A DNA stretch of 64,000 nucleotides from Vicugna vicugna (taxonomy: Eukaryota). Below are positions 1 to 13,708 of this stretch, in pieces (within the stretch, counting starts at the first letter, position 1; each line of letters opens with the position of its first letter). Under the pieces are notes generated by a model. It searched no databases. It worked only from the letters and a program-made list of their open reading frames with translations, and was not told the DNA's origin. The translations under genes were made by a program, and so were the position numbers. Location of the stretch: contig MU061579.1 of assembly GCA_013265495.1 (NCBI GenBank), positions 4,550,327 to 4,614,326 of the forward strand, given 5' to 3'.

Positions 1-1224
1 AAAAGTTATGCTAAATGTAAGGGAGGCCAGTGGCTTTATGAGGAAGACTGATTTAGAAACTCTGTTAACCTACCCAATCAAACTTTTTTTGAGAATTGGT
101 TAATATGAGATATACAAGGGATTTTTGCAGGCAGTTGAGTGGAGTAAAATCCAAGTGCTATATACAGAAAGATCCATTTCACAGTAAAAATTAAGAATAA
201 AGAGAAGTGTTAGGGTAAAGGTAAGACAGAAAAAAAGAAAGTTGGAACATGAGAAACAGATGCAGTAGACACCACAGCGATGTGCAAGACTTGAGTCATG
301 CATTATTTTGGTGCTATTCAACCTGATATAGTATCATCAGTGACATTTCACTTGACCTTGGGGCTTTCATTTTATTTGTTGAAGCATTTTCTTCATTTCC
401 TTTCTTTTATGCACAGTTTTACAGTTAAAAGCCCACACCAGTAGAGGTAAGCTAACCATTAGTACTGTTGCTTGATATCTGAGTCAAAGTATTTCAATGT
501 GAATGTATGTACATAAAAATGCATATGTATGTATATATGTGTACAAAATTTATTAAGCAATTTACATCTTTCATCCTAAAATGATTATACAGCACATATC
601 TTACATTCCTTGTTCTTTCTGTGTCTCGGGAGAACTTCAAAAGCTTTTGTGAGAAGTTACAGAGGCACCAATATTTTAGATGTTTCCAAAGGAAGTGGCA
701 GGCAATTATAGGTTTCTCATTGCCGGATAGTTATATTCACAGAAAAAATATGTGGCACTTTATATCCATCATCCATCCCATACATCTCTTAGAACTAGCT
801 GAAATTTTAGGTCTGTTTTTATTGGAGAAAGGAACAGCATGAAGAGTCATTACAAGGGAACGTTATTGAACTTCATCTCTTCTTCATGGCAAGGAAGAAG
901 AATAGCTCTTTTATGAGTGAAGCAAAAAGCAATATGAAAGCTGAGAGCAGAATGAAGCTTAGCAGTGTAAACTGGCCCAGGGAATTCAGAGACTTATTAA
1001 TACTCCGAAGAGTTTGCAGGAGGCGTAGCATTCTGCTTGTGTCCTAACTTACCCACAAGCTTATGGTTTAGGCACACTCCTTTCTGGACTTATAGGAGCA
1101 GCACAATTTTGCTGTTACATCAAGAGACATCATGGGGAAGTGCTCCAAGAACAATGTATGAAGCTTAGCGTTTGCAAAGTTTTGTGTTTATGTCATCAGA
1201 AGCCATCTATGTCAATCTTCTCAG

Positions 1225-1570
1225 TTTTTCATTGAGAAACATGAGGCCCAGAACCATTAAGTAATTAGCTCAAGGTCACGAAGGTAGCTATTATCAGATC
1301 CAGGACAGCATGATTTTTAAAATTCTTATTTCAATTTTTATTCTACTTCCTATGTTTTCCCCACCATTGCATAGATCCAACAATTTCTGCCTGATGGTAC
1401 AAATCTTCAACTGATGTTCACAAGGTTTGTGTTTGTACTTGACTTAAAATCTGGCCTACTGAGAGATTTACTGCATTGTAGAAAACTGAGATTCAAGGAG
1501 TTTAAATAAATCACCCTTCGTAACAGAGCTTAACAAGGTGGAAAATTGAAGTGTGTATCTATCTGATTCT
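1225..1570 (-). mobile_element. MIR SINE fragments (two degenerate core pieces)
   Basis: Core-like motifs 'gagaaacatgaggcccag...taagtaattagctcaaggtcac' and 'gtagaaaactgagattcaaggagtttaaataa'. Confidence 0.55.
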
Positions 1571-3617
1571 TGAGAACAACCTCAGTTTATACTCAGTTTC
1601 TGCTTAGTCTACATTTCTGTGCACAATCCAATTTCACTAGTTAAGACTCTAAAGATCGCCTTCTTAGTGGGTTGACCATTACTCCTTATTCTGAATGTTT
1701 CTGCCTTTGGTATTCTTTCATTCTTTGAGTTCGGGGCTAGTTTAGAGCAATAGAACAATGGAAAATCTCTGCCAGGAATTCTTACCAGTGTGCAGCTTTA
1801 GCATTTCTTAGTGTGATTTTTCCTTTTGTTATTTATATCATGGATCTTGTATATCAATATTGTTGGAGAGGCTGTAGATGCTTATATGTATTTAATGGTA
1901 TGTCTTCCGAGGAATAAATATAGAGTTTAGAATATAAATTTACACGATTTGCTGGAGAAGTAATAACTTCATGTGTTCCAAGGCATAAATCCCCCAAAAC
2001 AACTGAAGAACTAAAATTGTGACAAAAAGGAGAAAAATTCTTTTTAAAGTTTATAGTATTGCTTCTCCCTATCTGCAAAAATAAATACCTGAATAAATAG
2101 ACAAATAAATAAAAACAATCAATCAATGAAAATATGGCAAAGCCAGTTTCAATTATTTTATTTGGTCACTCATTCATTCAATGAATATTTTCTGATCTCC
2201 AATAGATGAAGAACACTAGGTTGAATGGTGTAGAATATCGGAGGCCTTGGTTTTCTGTGTAACTCACTTAAGAGGTTATAAAAGTGAATTGTAGCACAGA
2301 GAGTGGTGCTATATGTAATAAGACAGATGTAATGTTTAATGCTACCCACTAGAGAGTCATTAGAGTACACAGAGCAGATAGTCAACCATTATGATAGACC
2401 ACGATTTGAAGAATTCTTCATAGTATTCATAACCATTTAAAACCCAAAGGTAAAAGTCATTTTAAAAAAGTAAAACAGTATGAAATTACATATAACAATG
2501 ATTTGTAAAGATTTTGGGAATGATTTTGTTCCCCTCAGTGCTCTACTATTTTGCTTTCAAAAACAATGCATTTCACTTTCTAAATGATGTTAAAATGAAT
2601 AACACCTAATAATAACTCAAGAAGTGTTCAGGATGCTTTGAAAATATTGTAGCTAAAAATGCTGAATTTACTAGTTTATTCATGTAACTGTGATGTGTGT
2701 GGCTTGTAACTTTGAGGTGATTCACACAGTGACAATAAAAATAAGACAATTGTCCTCATAAGTGCTTAAAAAGATATAGGTCACTTAGTAAAAAATTAGA
2801 TTACTGTGCATGGATAATATAATTTGTCTGTACCATTCTAAGGTATTTCAGATATCTTTATAGTATATGGAAAAAATGTGATTTCTAGAAATAAAAGGAG
2901 TAAAAGCTGCTTGTATCTTTAATGGATTTATTAAAAATTATCAAACGATCATCTGTCTATCTGGGATACAAACTATTTTGCAAAAAATTTTTTTTGTGCA
3001 TGAAACATATTCAATCAAAAATTATATAGGTAAGCTTTTCTATTCAAAAAATTCTAATTTTTTATTATATTATAAAGCATCACTTATTAAAAATGTTTGT
3101 ATTTATCTGTCAATTTATATCAATTAGTTAGCAAGTAGAATTTTCTAAAGCAAGGAAAAAGGATACTCAAATCAATGTGAACATAGTAGCACAAATTCAA
3201 ATGCATTTTACATTTTCTATTAATTATTATTCACCCAGTTATTTTTTTCTCAATTGAAAACGTGTTTCACTTATCGTTTTGTCTCAGATAGAATTTTTTT
3301 CAAACACTGATACACTGTTTCTTCTAACTGTCCCTGGGAATTATAGAGAGGTATCATGAGAAATGAAACAGACATTGGAACCACATACACATTCAGTGTT
3401 CAGACAAAGGAATAAGGAACACTGGGCAGATATATAATTAAACACAATAACAACTGTGCTCATGAAATAGGAAGAAGATGAAAAAGTAATCCTGGCTACT
3501 CATTTAATTTTTTTAGAGCAAATATGAATGTAATTAGAATACTGTGATAGAACTTAATTTTAGAAATGTCATGAAATTTGATGTCAGTTTAACCACTTAA
3601 AGATAGATTTATAGAAA

Positions 3618-3713
3618 ATTGTGCTGAACACTGGAATTTGACACAACATTGTAAAATGATTATAAATCAATAAAAAATGTTAAAAAAATAAAAAAAATAA
3701 AAAAATAAAAAAG
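3618..3713 (+). mobile_element. Very short 5'-truncated L1 3' end with A-rich tail and 17-bp TSD
   Basis: L1-type terminus 'tgtgctgaacactggaatttgacacaacattgtaaaatgattataaatcaataaaa' plus (A7T)n tail; perfect TSD agatagatttatagaaa at 3601-3617 and 3714-3730. Confidence 0.9.
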
Positions 3714-5764
3714 AGATAGATTTATAGAAATCAAAGACAATCCTGAATATCTGAGGATTTGCTCTACATAGTTCTGAATCTCCATTCATTCATTCATTTG
3801 GTTTTCATTTACTCAATATTTGAATATTTACCTAATGCTTTATTGGAAAACATTATACTAACTTTTGAGATGAATAGATACCAGAAAGGAACAAGACACA
3901 TCCTCTGAAATCAAATAAATCCATTAGAGCCAAAAATACTCTATAGAAAGGCTACAAAAATGGACATGAGTTTCAACATTTGTTAATTTTTTATAGTTTG
4001 AACCTTCTTTCATTCAACAATTGTATGTTTATACTGTTAATATATTTAGTATCTTGTGACATATCTGGGGTACCAGATGAAAATGTTTGTTTTAGTATTG
4101 GCAATAATCATTCTGAAGAGACAAGGTGCTTCTTGCCAGCCCTACATGAATAAGTGATATAATTTCTTTGACCCTGACTTTGCTCTCCTTTAAAAAATGA
4201 AAGAATATCATATAGTTTTAAATGATATCGCCACTCTGATTTGAATTATTCAGATATGAATGTCCTCAAAATTCACCATCAATGATTTGATGTGTGGTTT
4301 CTGGAATGCTTTCAACAATGGAAGAAGACTGACGTGTTTTGAAGGATTGTACAGTTTTATATGGATTGGAGGTAGGAAAGGATAAAGAAATAAAAGAGGA
4401 TTGTTCAGCTTTGATGAGAGGCGTTCATATGAAGGAGCAGATGATGAAAATGAATGTGAAATTTGGAAGATGAGTATAGTTTGATTCTACAAAACAATCG
4501 AAGAACTTTGGAAGAAACCTGTAAGGACTCTAAGAATGTTCATGAAGTCAGTGTCAGAGAGCAAGAAATGATAATGATGTAATTAATAAAACGAATTCAA
4601 ATACTCATTTTCATTCAAATTCAGTAACATTTAAAAATACAGAAGTAACATTTTCTCATCTAAGAAAATAATCCTTAAGTAAAAAAGCATGAAAACAGGA
4701 ATAAAAAGTATAAGCATTTCTATTTAGCAGAAAAACATGAACACTTTTTCTTCTATTTTTATTAAAAAAAAGGCACCTGTCTTCCACTACTACAGTTTGA
4801 ATTCAAATTGTTTCACTTATTTTTCACCAACCACTTTTCTTTTTTAAATAGGGAATTAATTTTGCTGTAACCATCTTTAAAAATACTTCCTAGAAGGCAG
4901 TATTCTGCCCATGTGTGTGTAATGGAGGTTCTGATGTCAATTCTTACATTAAAAAAAAAAAACCTCTTTATCTTAGTGTTCAAATATAAAGTCAATGTAT
5001 TAAAGATCTTAGTTGCTTTTACTTAGTTTGCTTTACAAACTGACCTAAAAACGAATTTGCTTTTCAGATTTAAGAGAATGTTTGAGTCACTATTGGTAGC
5101 CTCCCATAGCTAGGGATAAGCTGGGAGCTAAACATGTTTTTCTCCAAGGAACTTACCCCCACAAGGGATGTTACAGTAAAAAAATCAGTCTCAGCTCAAA
5201 TTCTGTCACATTCATTAGCAAGCAAGCACATTTGCACACAAGCACAAGTACACACATCCATACAGCCTCTTCTGCAAACCTGGTGAAGTATCTATTTTCT
5301 GCCTTTTAGGCCATCCAATGAGTGCCTTGTATTAAAGACTACAGGGTTTAGTTATCCTTCAGAAAGGGTCAGATGACACACTCACCTGTTATTTGAACAA
5401 AAGAGGAACAGGATTGCAAGCATAGGACTCCATGCTGGCTTCACAAAATGCCTTTACTTTTCTTATTAGAATAGACGTTCCTAAAAGTATTTTTTTATTA
5501 TCTGAATTTTTTACTGCCAATTATTTTACCAATGAAAAAATCACTTCTAATAATCATTAAGATAATTTGCAAGCTGTTTAATGCTGATGGGATATAAAGA
5601 TAGTTCTATTGGTTACTTTCAGAGTAGTGTTTGTAATTATATGTTAAAATGCTAAATCAGGCCAGAGAGGAGATGATCTATAGCTATATCATTCATCATT
5701 ATCTATATCTTCTTCTATCTCTCTATATAAATACCCTTTATGTTGAAATATTTTAAATTAAATT

Positions 5765-5880
5765 ATAGATAATGTGATAAGAGCTGCTTGCTTAGTGTTT
5801 TATATATATATATTTATATTTATATTTATAGATAATATAAGAACTACTTGCTCAGTGTTTTATATATATATATATATAAT
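5765..5880. repeat. Imperfect two-copy tandem duplication (~60 bp unit) with TA tracts
   Basis: 'atagataat..ataagagctgcttgcttagtgttttatatatata' followed by 'atagataatataagaactacttgctcagtgttttatatatata'. Confidence 0.8.
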
Positions 5881-6964
5881 TTCTATTTTAGAGAGGTACT
5901 GAGGATTTAAAAAAACTTCCTGCAGGTCATCCAGTTAATAAATATCTGGGCTGGAATGAGGAGTTAGGACATATTGTGGAATCAAGATGGAACTGGAGTA
6001 AATTTAGGAATTTATTTAAAGCTAGCAATATACACATAGATGCTCAAATATTTACAAATTTCCTAAGTGCTTAAAACACAGCTTCCTTGGAAGTAGCAAA
6101 AGAGCCTATAGATTTTAAGGGTATAAATAGTTTGTGTTTAAACATTAAAATACCACCTATATGTCTGTCATTCTTTTTGGTGTCTGTGATCTTTAACAGA
6201 ATTGAGGAATTTGATATTTAAATAAACAGAACAATGTTTTTAGCTGAAGATACAATATAGTGTTATTTAGTTAGACACAGAAATTGCAATAAAACTGTTT
6301 AGCTCATTTTTTTTGTCCTCATAGCAAAACCACGCTTCCAGATTTTATGTCCCTCTGGGCGATTCTCGCTAGGTGTATTTAATCTTCTGAACAGAGCAAT
6401 GTACTGTTCTAGTAGAATATTAATATTAATACTATATCAAACAACAGGAGCTTTACCTGGAAAGAGCAAGCACAGCAGGATTTGCCCAAGCAGAACAGAC
6501 CATAGAAGAAGAACTTGAAAGCTCATGTGGGTCCAAAGAGGACAGTGCTGCTCTGGGGGACGCTCAGGGAGCAGGACTGAAAAGAGCAACCTGCCAGAGA
6601 CACCCCCCGCCTTCCTCCAGGACCCAGGCTTTTACCGTTGTGTCTCTGGTTTTAGAAAATTAAGGTGTAAGGTATTTCTGAGAAAGTTTGAAATCAAACA
6701 GCCTACACAGTTTAAATCACAGCAGAGTTCAGTATAAAATGCTCTAGAATTTAAAACACATACACACACACTTAGGACTGCAAGCTTTGAAGTTTTGAGT
6801 TCTCTCTCAGAATAAATTACAAAACCAAAGGGAGACATTTTAAATTGTGTAGAATATATTTTAATGCTTAAGAAATAATACAGTCAATTCAACCCACATA
6901 TTTGTGTACATATGTGCACACACATATTCATACCACGCAAATACACAGATACACAATATAGACA

Positions 6965-7025
6965 TGTGCATACGTGCATATGTATATATATGTATATGTG
7001 TGTATGTGTGTATATGTATATGTAT
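6965..7025. repeat. (TA/TG)n low-complexity microsatellite
   Basis: Alternating purine-pyrimidine run read directly. Confidence 0.8.
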
Positions 7026-8552
7026 TCAAAATACTAGAGATTTTCAAAGACCATCAATTTTTTTCACATGAATTTAGAGTCAATTGATGGATACAAAAGC
7101 ATGACAGAGATCAAATTATCAGCTTTATTAGTGATAAATGTTAAAATACATGGCTCATATGTATGCCAAATGGACTTTCTAACCTATCAATAAGTGGTGG
7201 ACGGCAGACCCAATTGCCTATCTTGTACGGGTCAATTTTCTTAAAGAAAACAAGAAAAAGGAGCTGATCGATCTGAGCATGTCCACTCTCTTCATCCAGT
7301 GAAGTGAATCAGGTATCTCACGTCTCCTCTAGGGAAATCATCGAATGAAAGTTGAGGAAAGGCCAAGAGTTTGATTCCAAGCAAGTTTCCTTACATGGTA
7401 CTTGAGGAGTTAAGTATAATTGGTTGTGTTTGGGTGTATGTAAATGCACATACTTTTATAGACATAAAACGACTCCTAATGTTTTCAGTGTTCTCCATTT
7501 GTTTCAAAATTTCTTATTAATATAGTTTTAAATAGCCTAATCAAGAGGGCTTTGTAAAAAAAATGTATGCTTCTATATATTACATGAACCATCTAACATC
7601 TTGCTGTCCCTTTTTAGTGTTAATTATGTGAATTCACATGATTGTTAAAAGATATTACAAACCACCTCTCCCACCTATAAGCAGATTAAATGTTAAGTGA
7701 ATGTCAGTGGGCCTACTGTAGATTTTAGTGTTAAGATGAGTGGTATATATGATGTCTCACCTTTAAAAAGCAAAATGATTTTTGAACAAAAGAAACTCAA
7801 AAGATAAAACCTGATTAATTCACACAGAAGGTTTCGGTAAACTCTGACTACTTGAACATCAATATATCTATTTATTCTTCAACAATTACTGATTCTGCAC
7901 TATATACCAGATACTTTAGCAATTACTAAAAATAAAAGAGTAAAATATATATTACTAAATATAAAAGAGTAAAGTGATGTAGTATGTCACACACATACAA
8001 GCTTGTAGTAAAATCTGCTGAAGTCCCTAAAGAATGCATTTTTTTTCTTATGTCATAAAAGGAAGGCAACCTACTTCATTCTAAGTAAGGGGAGTTTCTA
8101 AATGAAAATAACATACTTTTTTACCCCCTCACTCTTCCACATAATAGTAGAAATACTAGTACGAATGGTCAGAATCCAGGATGTTTACAGGGCCATGCGT
8201 TTATCAGGAGATAAGATCACTTACTTGTAAGACCATGGGTTTTATTACATTAATTCTTCGGCCAGAAACTGGTTGCTAATCAGGTATTCAGTACTCCAAG
8301 GAGCTAGACAGTAAATAATTGGAGTGAATCTACCATGCAGAGCAAACTCTCCCCACTTCTTATGGTCTACGTTTAGGCATGGGATAAGAAGCTTTAACAT
8401 GCTATAGTCTTTGACCTGTTTTGTCAAGAATTGCAATATATCGAAGGTTATTAAAAACTTTCCTGTGCAATAATAAAGTTAATAGTTTTAGTCTTATTGG
8501 GGTGAATCTTTTTTTTCTCTTTATATTTTATTAGTTAGAAAGGAAAATGAGT

Positions 8553-8703
8553 CACAAGGAAAAAAATTATAACTGTATGTGGTGACGGATGTTAACTAGA
8601 CTTATTGTATCATCTTGCAGTATATACAAACATTGAATCACTGTGGTGCACACCTGAAGCTAATATAATGCTATCTGTCATTTATATCTCAAAAAAAAAA
8701 AAA
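8553..8703 (+). mobile_element. L1 3' end with poly(A) tail
   Basis: 'tgtggtgacggatgttaactagacttattg...cacacctgaagctaatataatg...tatatctcaaaaaaaa'; degenerate TSD gaaaggaaaatgagt (8538-8552) / gaagggaacatgagt (8704-8718). Confidence 0.85.
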
Positions 8704-8884
8704 GAAGGGAACATGAGTGATTCGTATCGTAAGTTACAACATACTAGGACACAAACTTGAGCAGATGAAGGTAAAATTGAATGTGCATGTCTATTAAGTA
8801 TGCTGGGATCTCAGATGTGACAGACTGAAGTACCTGGAAACCGTTACAGACCTTGAGTGGCAGGTGAGATATTTTTAATTATAA

Positions 8885-9165
8885 TGATAATAATAATTAA
8901 TATTCATAGAGTGCTTACAATGGGCCAGGTTCAATGCTAGATCTTTTCATGACATATCTCATTTACTCCGTACAAAACCTGGTAAGGATAGTAATATTGA
9001 TAACAGCATTTTAATGACTATTTCAAAATGTCCTAAGACTATTCTAAGTGATATATATAAACTATAGCATTTAGTTCCTGGAAGAGCTCTGTGAAGCAAA
9101 TACTATAATTATCTTAATAGAGGGACACTGAAGCACAGAATGTTAAGTAAATTGCCAAAGATTAT
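8885..9165 (-). mobile_element. MIR SINE fragments
   Basis: 'gagtgcttacaatgggccagg...tctcattt' and 'gacactgaagcacagaatgttaagtaaattgccaaag'. Confidence 0.6.
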
Positions 9166-10175
9166 GCAGCCTCTGCTTCTAAGATGTTTTGATGCCAATG
9201 TCTATTATAGAATACAATTCTTTCTAAATTCTCATGAACAGAGAACTGTAGTACAATAGATAATCTTCACTTTAGACATGACAGTGAGAAAACCAGAGAA
9301 ATATCAGAGAATGGAGGAAGGCAGGAAGCTACGTTGGGAACTCGAAGACGAAACTAGTCTTATGTGAAAAGAAAGGGAAGTGGAACCAGAACAATGTATC
9401 TCGAACGAACGGCTTTGAAATGTGGAGTAGGAAAGAGAAAGATATTTTATTCATGACAAAATCAGTGGGGGCCGCTAGAGCTCAGGAAAGTCTAACAGAA
9501 GGAAAAAGAAAGATCTCAGATTAGTAAACAAAATGTTTCCCTAGAGAAAACCCTTTGCAAAAAGTTACTGAGAGGCAGTTTCTTAAAGTTCAGACAGGAA
9601 GTCAGTAACCAAGCACCGACTATCTAGTTATAGGACTGGGATGGTTACATTCGGTATTTGAAGAGAAGACTAGGAATTCCAGTTAGAATATTTCAGACAA
9701 CAATCAGTGCATTTAAAAGTTGTTGTTGGTGAGTTAGATTTAAAAAATATAAGGTGAACTAGGCAGCAATATAACAAGTTGAGTCCAAAACTAAGTGGAA
9801 ACTTGGATTGGTAAATCGGTGTCCCATGTAGAAATAGCTTGCAAAGGCAGCTATAACATTAGGATTTGTCTGAATAATAGACATTTTGTGCTGGCTTAGA
9901 AGTCATACTTTATATTATGAAAAGATTAATTAGGCTGTTTTTGATGTAGTATGCTAACAAACTTGTGTTTTCTTTCTGCTCTTAAAGCACTAAGAAAATC
10001 AAAGTATCTTCATCTTGAGATTTGTATAATGAACAGATGTACACCCTGAAAAGGGTCAAAGGAAGACGAGAGGGCTAGAACCAAAGAGGAAGAATAGATC
10101 AAATGATTCTGATAAAAGAATATAGAGAACAGGGAACCAGAAGCTGTCAGATACAACTGTTTGCATTAGGGCAGG

Positions 10176-10720
10176 TGTCTTAGGGTTCTCCAGAGAAATA
10201 GATAGTTTAATGATTTGGGTTAATATTAATATTTAATACTAATACTGATACTGCTGATTCTGTTTAATATTAATATTTAATATACATATTAAAGGAAATT
10301 AATGACAGTTTGGTTCATGTGTTTATGGAGAATGAGAAGTCCCACAATCTGCCATATGCGAGCTGGAGACCTAGGAAAGCCAGAGGTGTCGTTCAGTCGG
10401 AGTCTGAAGGCCTGAAAACCAAGGGAGGCAATGGTTTAATGCCAGTCTCAGAGCTGGAAAAGATGAAATATGTCTCCATTCAAGTAGGCAGGCAGGAAGC
10501 AAAAAGGGATGAATTCCTCCTTCCCCTGTGTTTTTGTTCTATTTAAGCTCTCAAAGGATTGGATTGTGCCCACCTACACTTAGAGGGCAATGTATTTTAC
10601 TAAGTCACTCATTCAAATGCTAATCTCATCCAGAAACAGCCTCACTGACCCATCTAGAGATAATGTTTAATCTGGGCACCCTGTGGCCAGTCAAGTTGAA
10701 ACATAAAATTAACCATCACA
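10176..10720 (-). mobile_element. MLT2-type (ERVL) solo LTR
   Basis: Ends 'ggccagtcaagttgaaacataaaattaaccatcaca' (reverse complement of the MLT2 5' end) and begins 'tgtcttagggttctccagagaaa'; 5-bp TSD gcagg/gcaag. Confidence 0.9.
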
Positions 10721-10724
10721 GCAA

Positions 10725-11060
10725 GTGATAGTCAGTTGTTGTCAAAGGAATGCTATATAACAAACCATTCCAAATCTCAGTGACTTACAACATAATCGTC
10801 CATTCTCACACTTGCAGGTCTGCAGGTAGACTGCTTCAGCTGACCAAGGTTGGTTTGGCTGACTGGCTCTGCTTTGTGTGGGATCAATTGTCTTGCACTA
10901 GCCTGGCAATTAGTTTCATTCTGGGCTCGAGACTGAAGAGGGTGTGGTTACCATAAGGATAAGCTTCTCACAGCAAAAAACCAGATCACAAATTTATTTG
11001 AAGACTCTAATTTGAAAACGTGTATTAACACTGTATTAGTCAAAGTAAGACAGGAAGGGG
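10725..11060 (-). mobile_element. Old MLT1 (MaLR) LTR fragment
   Basis: 'gctatataacaaaccattccaaatctcagtgacttacaac' matches the reverse complement of an MLT1 3' end. Confidence 0.65.
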
Positions 11061-11090
11061 GCAGGGCACAGCCTTTCAAGGAGTTACAGC

Positions 11091-11674
11091 AGTTAACATC
11101 AGAATGGTGGAAGATTCAACCCCTAGTAGGCCCTGAGGCTCAAGATGGTGGGAGATTTGCCTTCTAGCAGAACTTGAGCTTCATTATACGCTCATTGTAA
11201 TATATTAACATAGTGAATAACACGCCCGCAGGCAGTCCCAAGGCTAGCCACAGAAGGTCAAAGAGTGGAAATGGCCAACTTCCTGGGAATCCCAGCCCGT
11301 TCCCCAGGCTAGTTAGACTGGTCCTTCCATTATTCCATTATGAGCATATGAAACCACCAAGCCCATAAAAACTGGCAACACAGCACCTCATGGCTGTCCG
11401 CCCTCTCTCTCCCTCTTCAGAGGCGGCCCCACACACTGTCTATGGAGTGTGTACCCACTTTTAATCTGAGCACCCAACCCCTACACCTATGGCCTTTCTC
11501 TTGCCTTTCACTGTATTTCTCTGAATAAATCTACCTTTACTTAACTGTGGCTCGCTCTTGAAATCTTTCCTGCGTGAAGCCAAGGACCCACACTTGGCGG
11601 GGCACGTCCCAGGGGCTCAACCGAAGCCTGGGACACAGCCCTCCTCACGCCCCACATCCATTTTTCCTGCATCA
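11091..11674 (+). mobile_element. ERV solo LTR, comparatively young
   Basis: GC-richer block from (a)gttaac to catca; TATA-like cataaaaa near 11364; AATAAA at 11524-11529; retains CpGs; probable TSD acagc/aaagc. Confidence 0.85.
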
Positions 11675-12599
11675 AAAGCACGTCAAATATACAAGCCCAG
11701 TGTCAGGGGGACAAGGATATACATTTTATCCTCAGTTGGAGAAGATGAATGAATGTCTATTAAACAATAATCTAAACTATTACTGGACAATACTATGTTA
11801 AAGAGTAATTAAATTTCAAGGGCGCTAAGACCATGATTTTTTTTCAGATTGAATAAATGTTCCTGATTAGAGGAGCCCTTCCCTAAGAAGAGAGACTCAG
11901 TGGAGCTGGTATGATTCACATTACTTTGGGAAATAGAGTTGCAAACAGAAACAATACAAGGCCACTGATATATTAACAAATGAATGTATTCAAGACTAGT
12001 AAGACTTGGGTTTCTTGATTCTAGTAAATCCCACGGGGATACCAGCCTGTATTTAGAGGGTGCAAACAATCTGAATCTGTGGGCTTTAAATGTTACCCAA
12101 GTGCTTCTGTTAGCCTAATGGAACATACCTTTCAGAGAATGAGAATGATGGTTGAATGAGTGACTGAGATATTCAGGGAGTAAGTGAGGATATCCTATTA
12201 AGAGGAGACAGTTCACAGGAGAAATGAGCGTGGGTTAAAATGGCATTGACTGGACTGGCATTGGCTGGGATCTTACACAAATTAATAGTTTTTGGAGATC
12301 TGAGGAAGTTAAATATAAACATATATTTACTTAATAGGCATTTATTTAGACACTTGCCTGCATTAAAAATAACTTTTATTTACCAAATACATATATGAAG
12401 AGTGAAAAGAGAATTGAAAGAGAGGAAGAAAATGGTATTTGTAATATATGTTACCCCTTCTCCTCCCCAAAAAGAAAGAACTAATTCTAGAATATATAGA
12501 AACATGCACCTTTTGGGGAAAAAAGCTAGACAGCTGAAGAGGAAGATAAGCAAACTATTTAACAGGCAACCCATGTATACACGTGCATGTGAACACACA

Positions 12600-13360
12600 C
12601 ATACTCATAAAAACATTTAAGAAAATTAATAATAATATGAAATCAATATTCAATTCATTAATAATCCACAAATGCAAACTAAACCTTAATAAAATATCAT
12701 TTTATACTGATCAGATTGTGAAAAATGTAAAAGTTTGACAATGCTTAGTGTTGGCAAGGATGCTAACTAATACGTATTTTCTTACACTACTGAGAAAAAT
12801 TTTGCAACAATTTTGGAAAATTGTGTGGCATTATCTTTAAAATTTGAAGATGAACATGTCATATGACCCAGAAATTCTGCTTCTAGCTATTTGCCACAGA
12901 TCTACACTGTCCAATACAGTAGCCAGTAGCTACGCATGGTAATTTAAATTCAAATTGAAATAAAATCAAACTAAAAATTTAACTCTTCAGTTACGTTAAC
13001 CACATTTCAAATGCTATTCAGCCATATATAACTACTGGCTAACATTTTGGATTGCACACATAAGGACATTTCCATCATATGCGCCCCAAGATACATTTAC
13101 AAAAATCACCCTTGCAGTATTATTTGTCATAGTCATACACTGGAAATAACTCAAAGGTCTAATAATTTTAGACACAGTATATTTATGTAATTATATACTG
13201 CAAAGAAAATGAAAAAGAAATACACCCAACACACTGTATAAATATTAAATGAATATACTTGGTATGATTCCATTTATGTAAAAGTTAACCCCAAACAAAC
13301 AAAAACAAAAATCTGTATTATGTTGATTGAGGTTGTACACATAGTTGGAAAATCGTAACA
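12600..13360 (+). mobile_element. Old L1 (L1ME-like) ORF2 3' end/3' UTR fragment, interrupted by a hAT element
   Basis: 'aatgcaaactaaa..', 'agtgttggcaaggatg', 'catatgacccagaaattctgcttctag', 'gtatgattccatttatgtaaaagtt'. Confidence 0.75.
12902..13080. mobile_element. MER3/MER33-like hAT-Charlie non-autonomous DNA transposon
   Basis: 'ctacactgtccaatacagtagccagtagctacgcatgg...ccacatttcaaatgct...ctggctaacattttggattgcaca'. Confidence 0.75.
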
Positions 13361-13544
13361 AAAAGTCAAGGAAACGACACACCTAGATACATACACACAC
13401 ATCACACACACACAGAGAAGCAGGGAAAAGAATGAATAAATGAATAAATTGGTAAATAATTATGAGAGGAGCCAAAGTTGTCCTAAAATTTCCAGGCTCA
13501 GAGCTGTAAGACAACCATCAGGAATAAGAATAGAAGGAGAAGGG

Positions 13545-13708
13545 AGGAGGGTATACCTCACTGGTAGAGTGCGTGCTTAGCATGCACAGGGTCCTGGGTT
13601 CAATTCCCAGTACCTCCATTAATAAACAAACAAAGAAACAAACAAACAAATAAATAACAAAAAACTGATTAACTTCTTCCCTGCTACAAAAAAGATTTTT
13701 TTTTTTAA
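13545..13708 (+). mobile_element. tRNA-derived SINE (camelid vic-1-like)
   Basis: tRNA-like head 'gagggtatacctcactggtagagtgcgtgcttagcatgcacagggtcctgggttcaattcccagtacctcca' with A-box and B-box (ggttcaattcc), then an (AAAC)n-rich body. Confidence 0.85.

Noticed and set aside
6530..6555. REST/NRSE-like GGACAGTGC
   Set aside because: Only the right half-site is present; the TCAGCACC left half is missing.
13545..13620. Possible tRNA gene
   Set aside because: The tRNA-like head continues into a SINE body and has a diverged second copy at 37235-37368 with a TSD.
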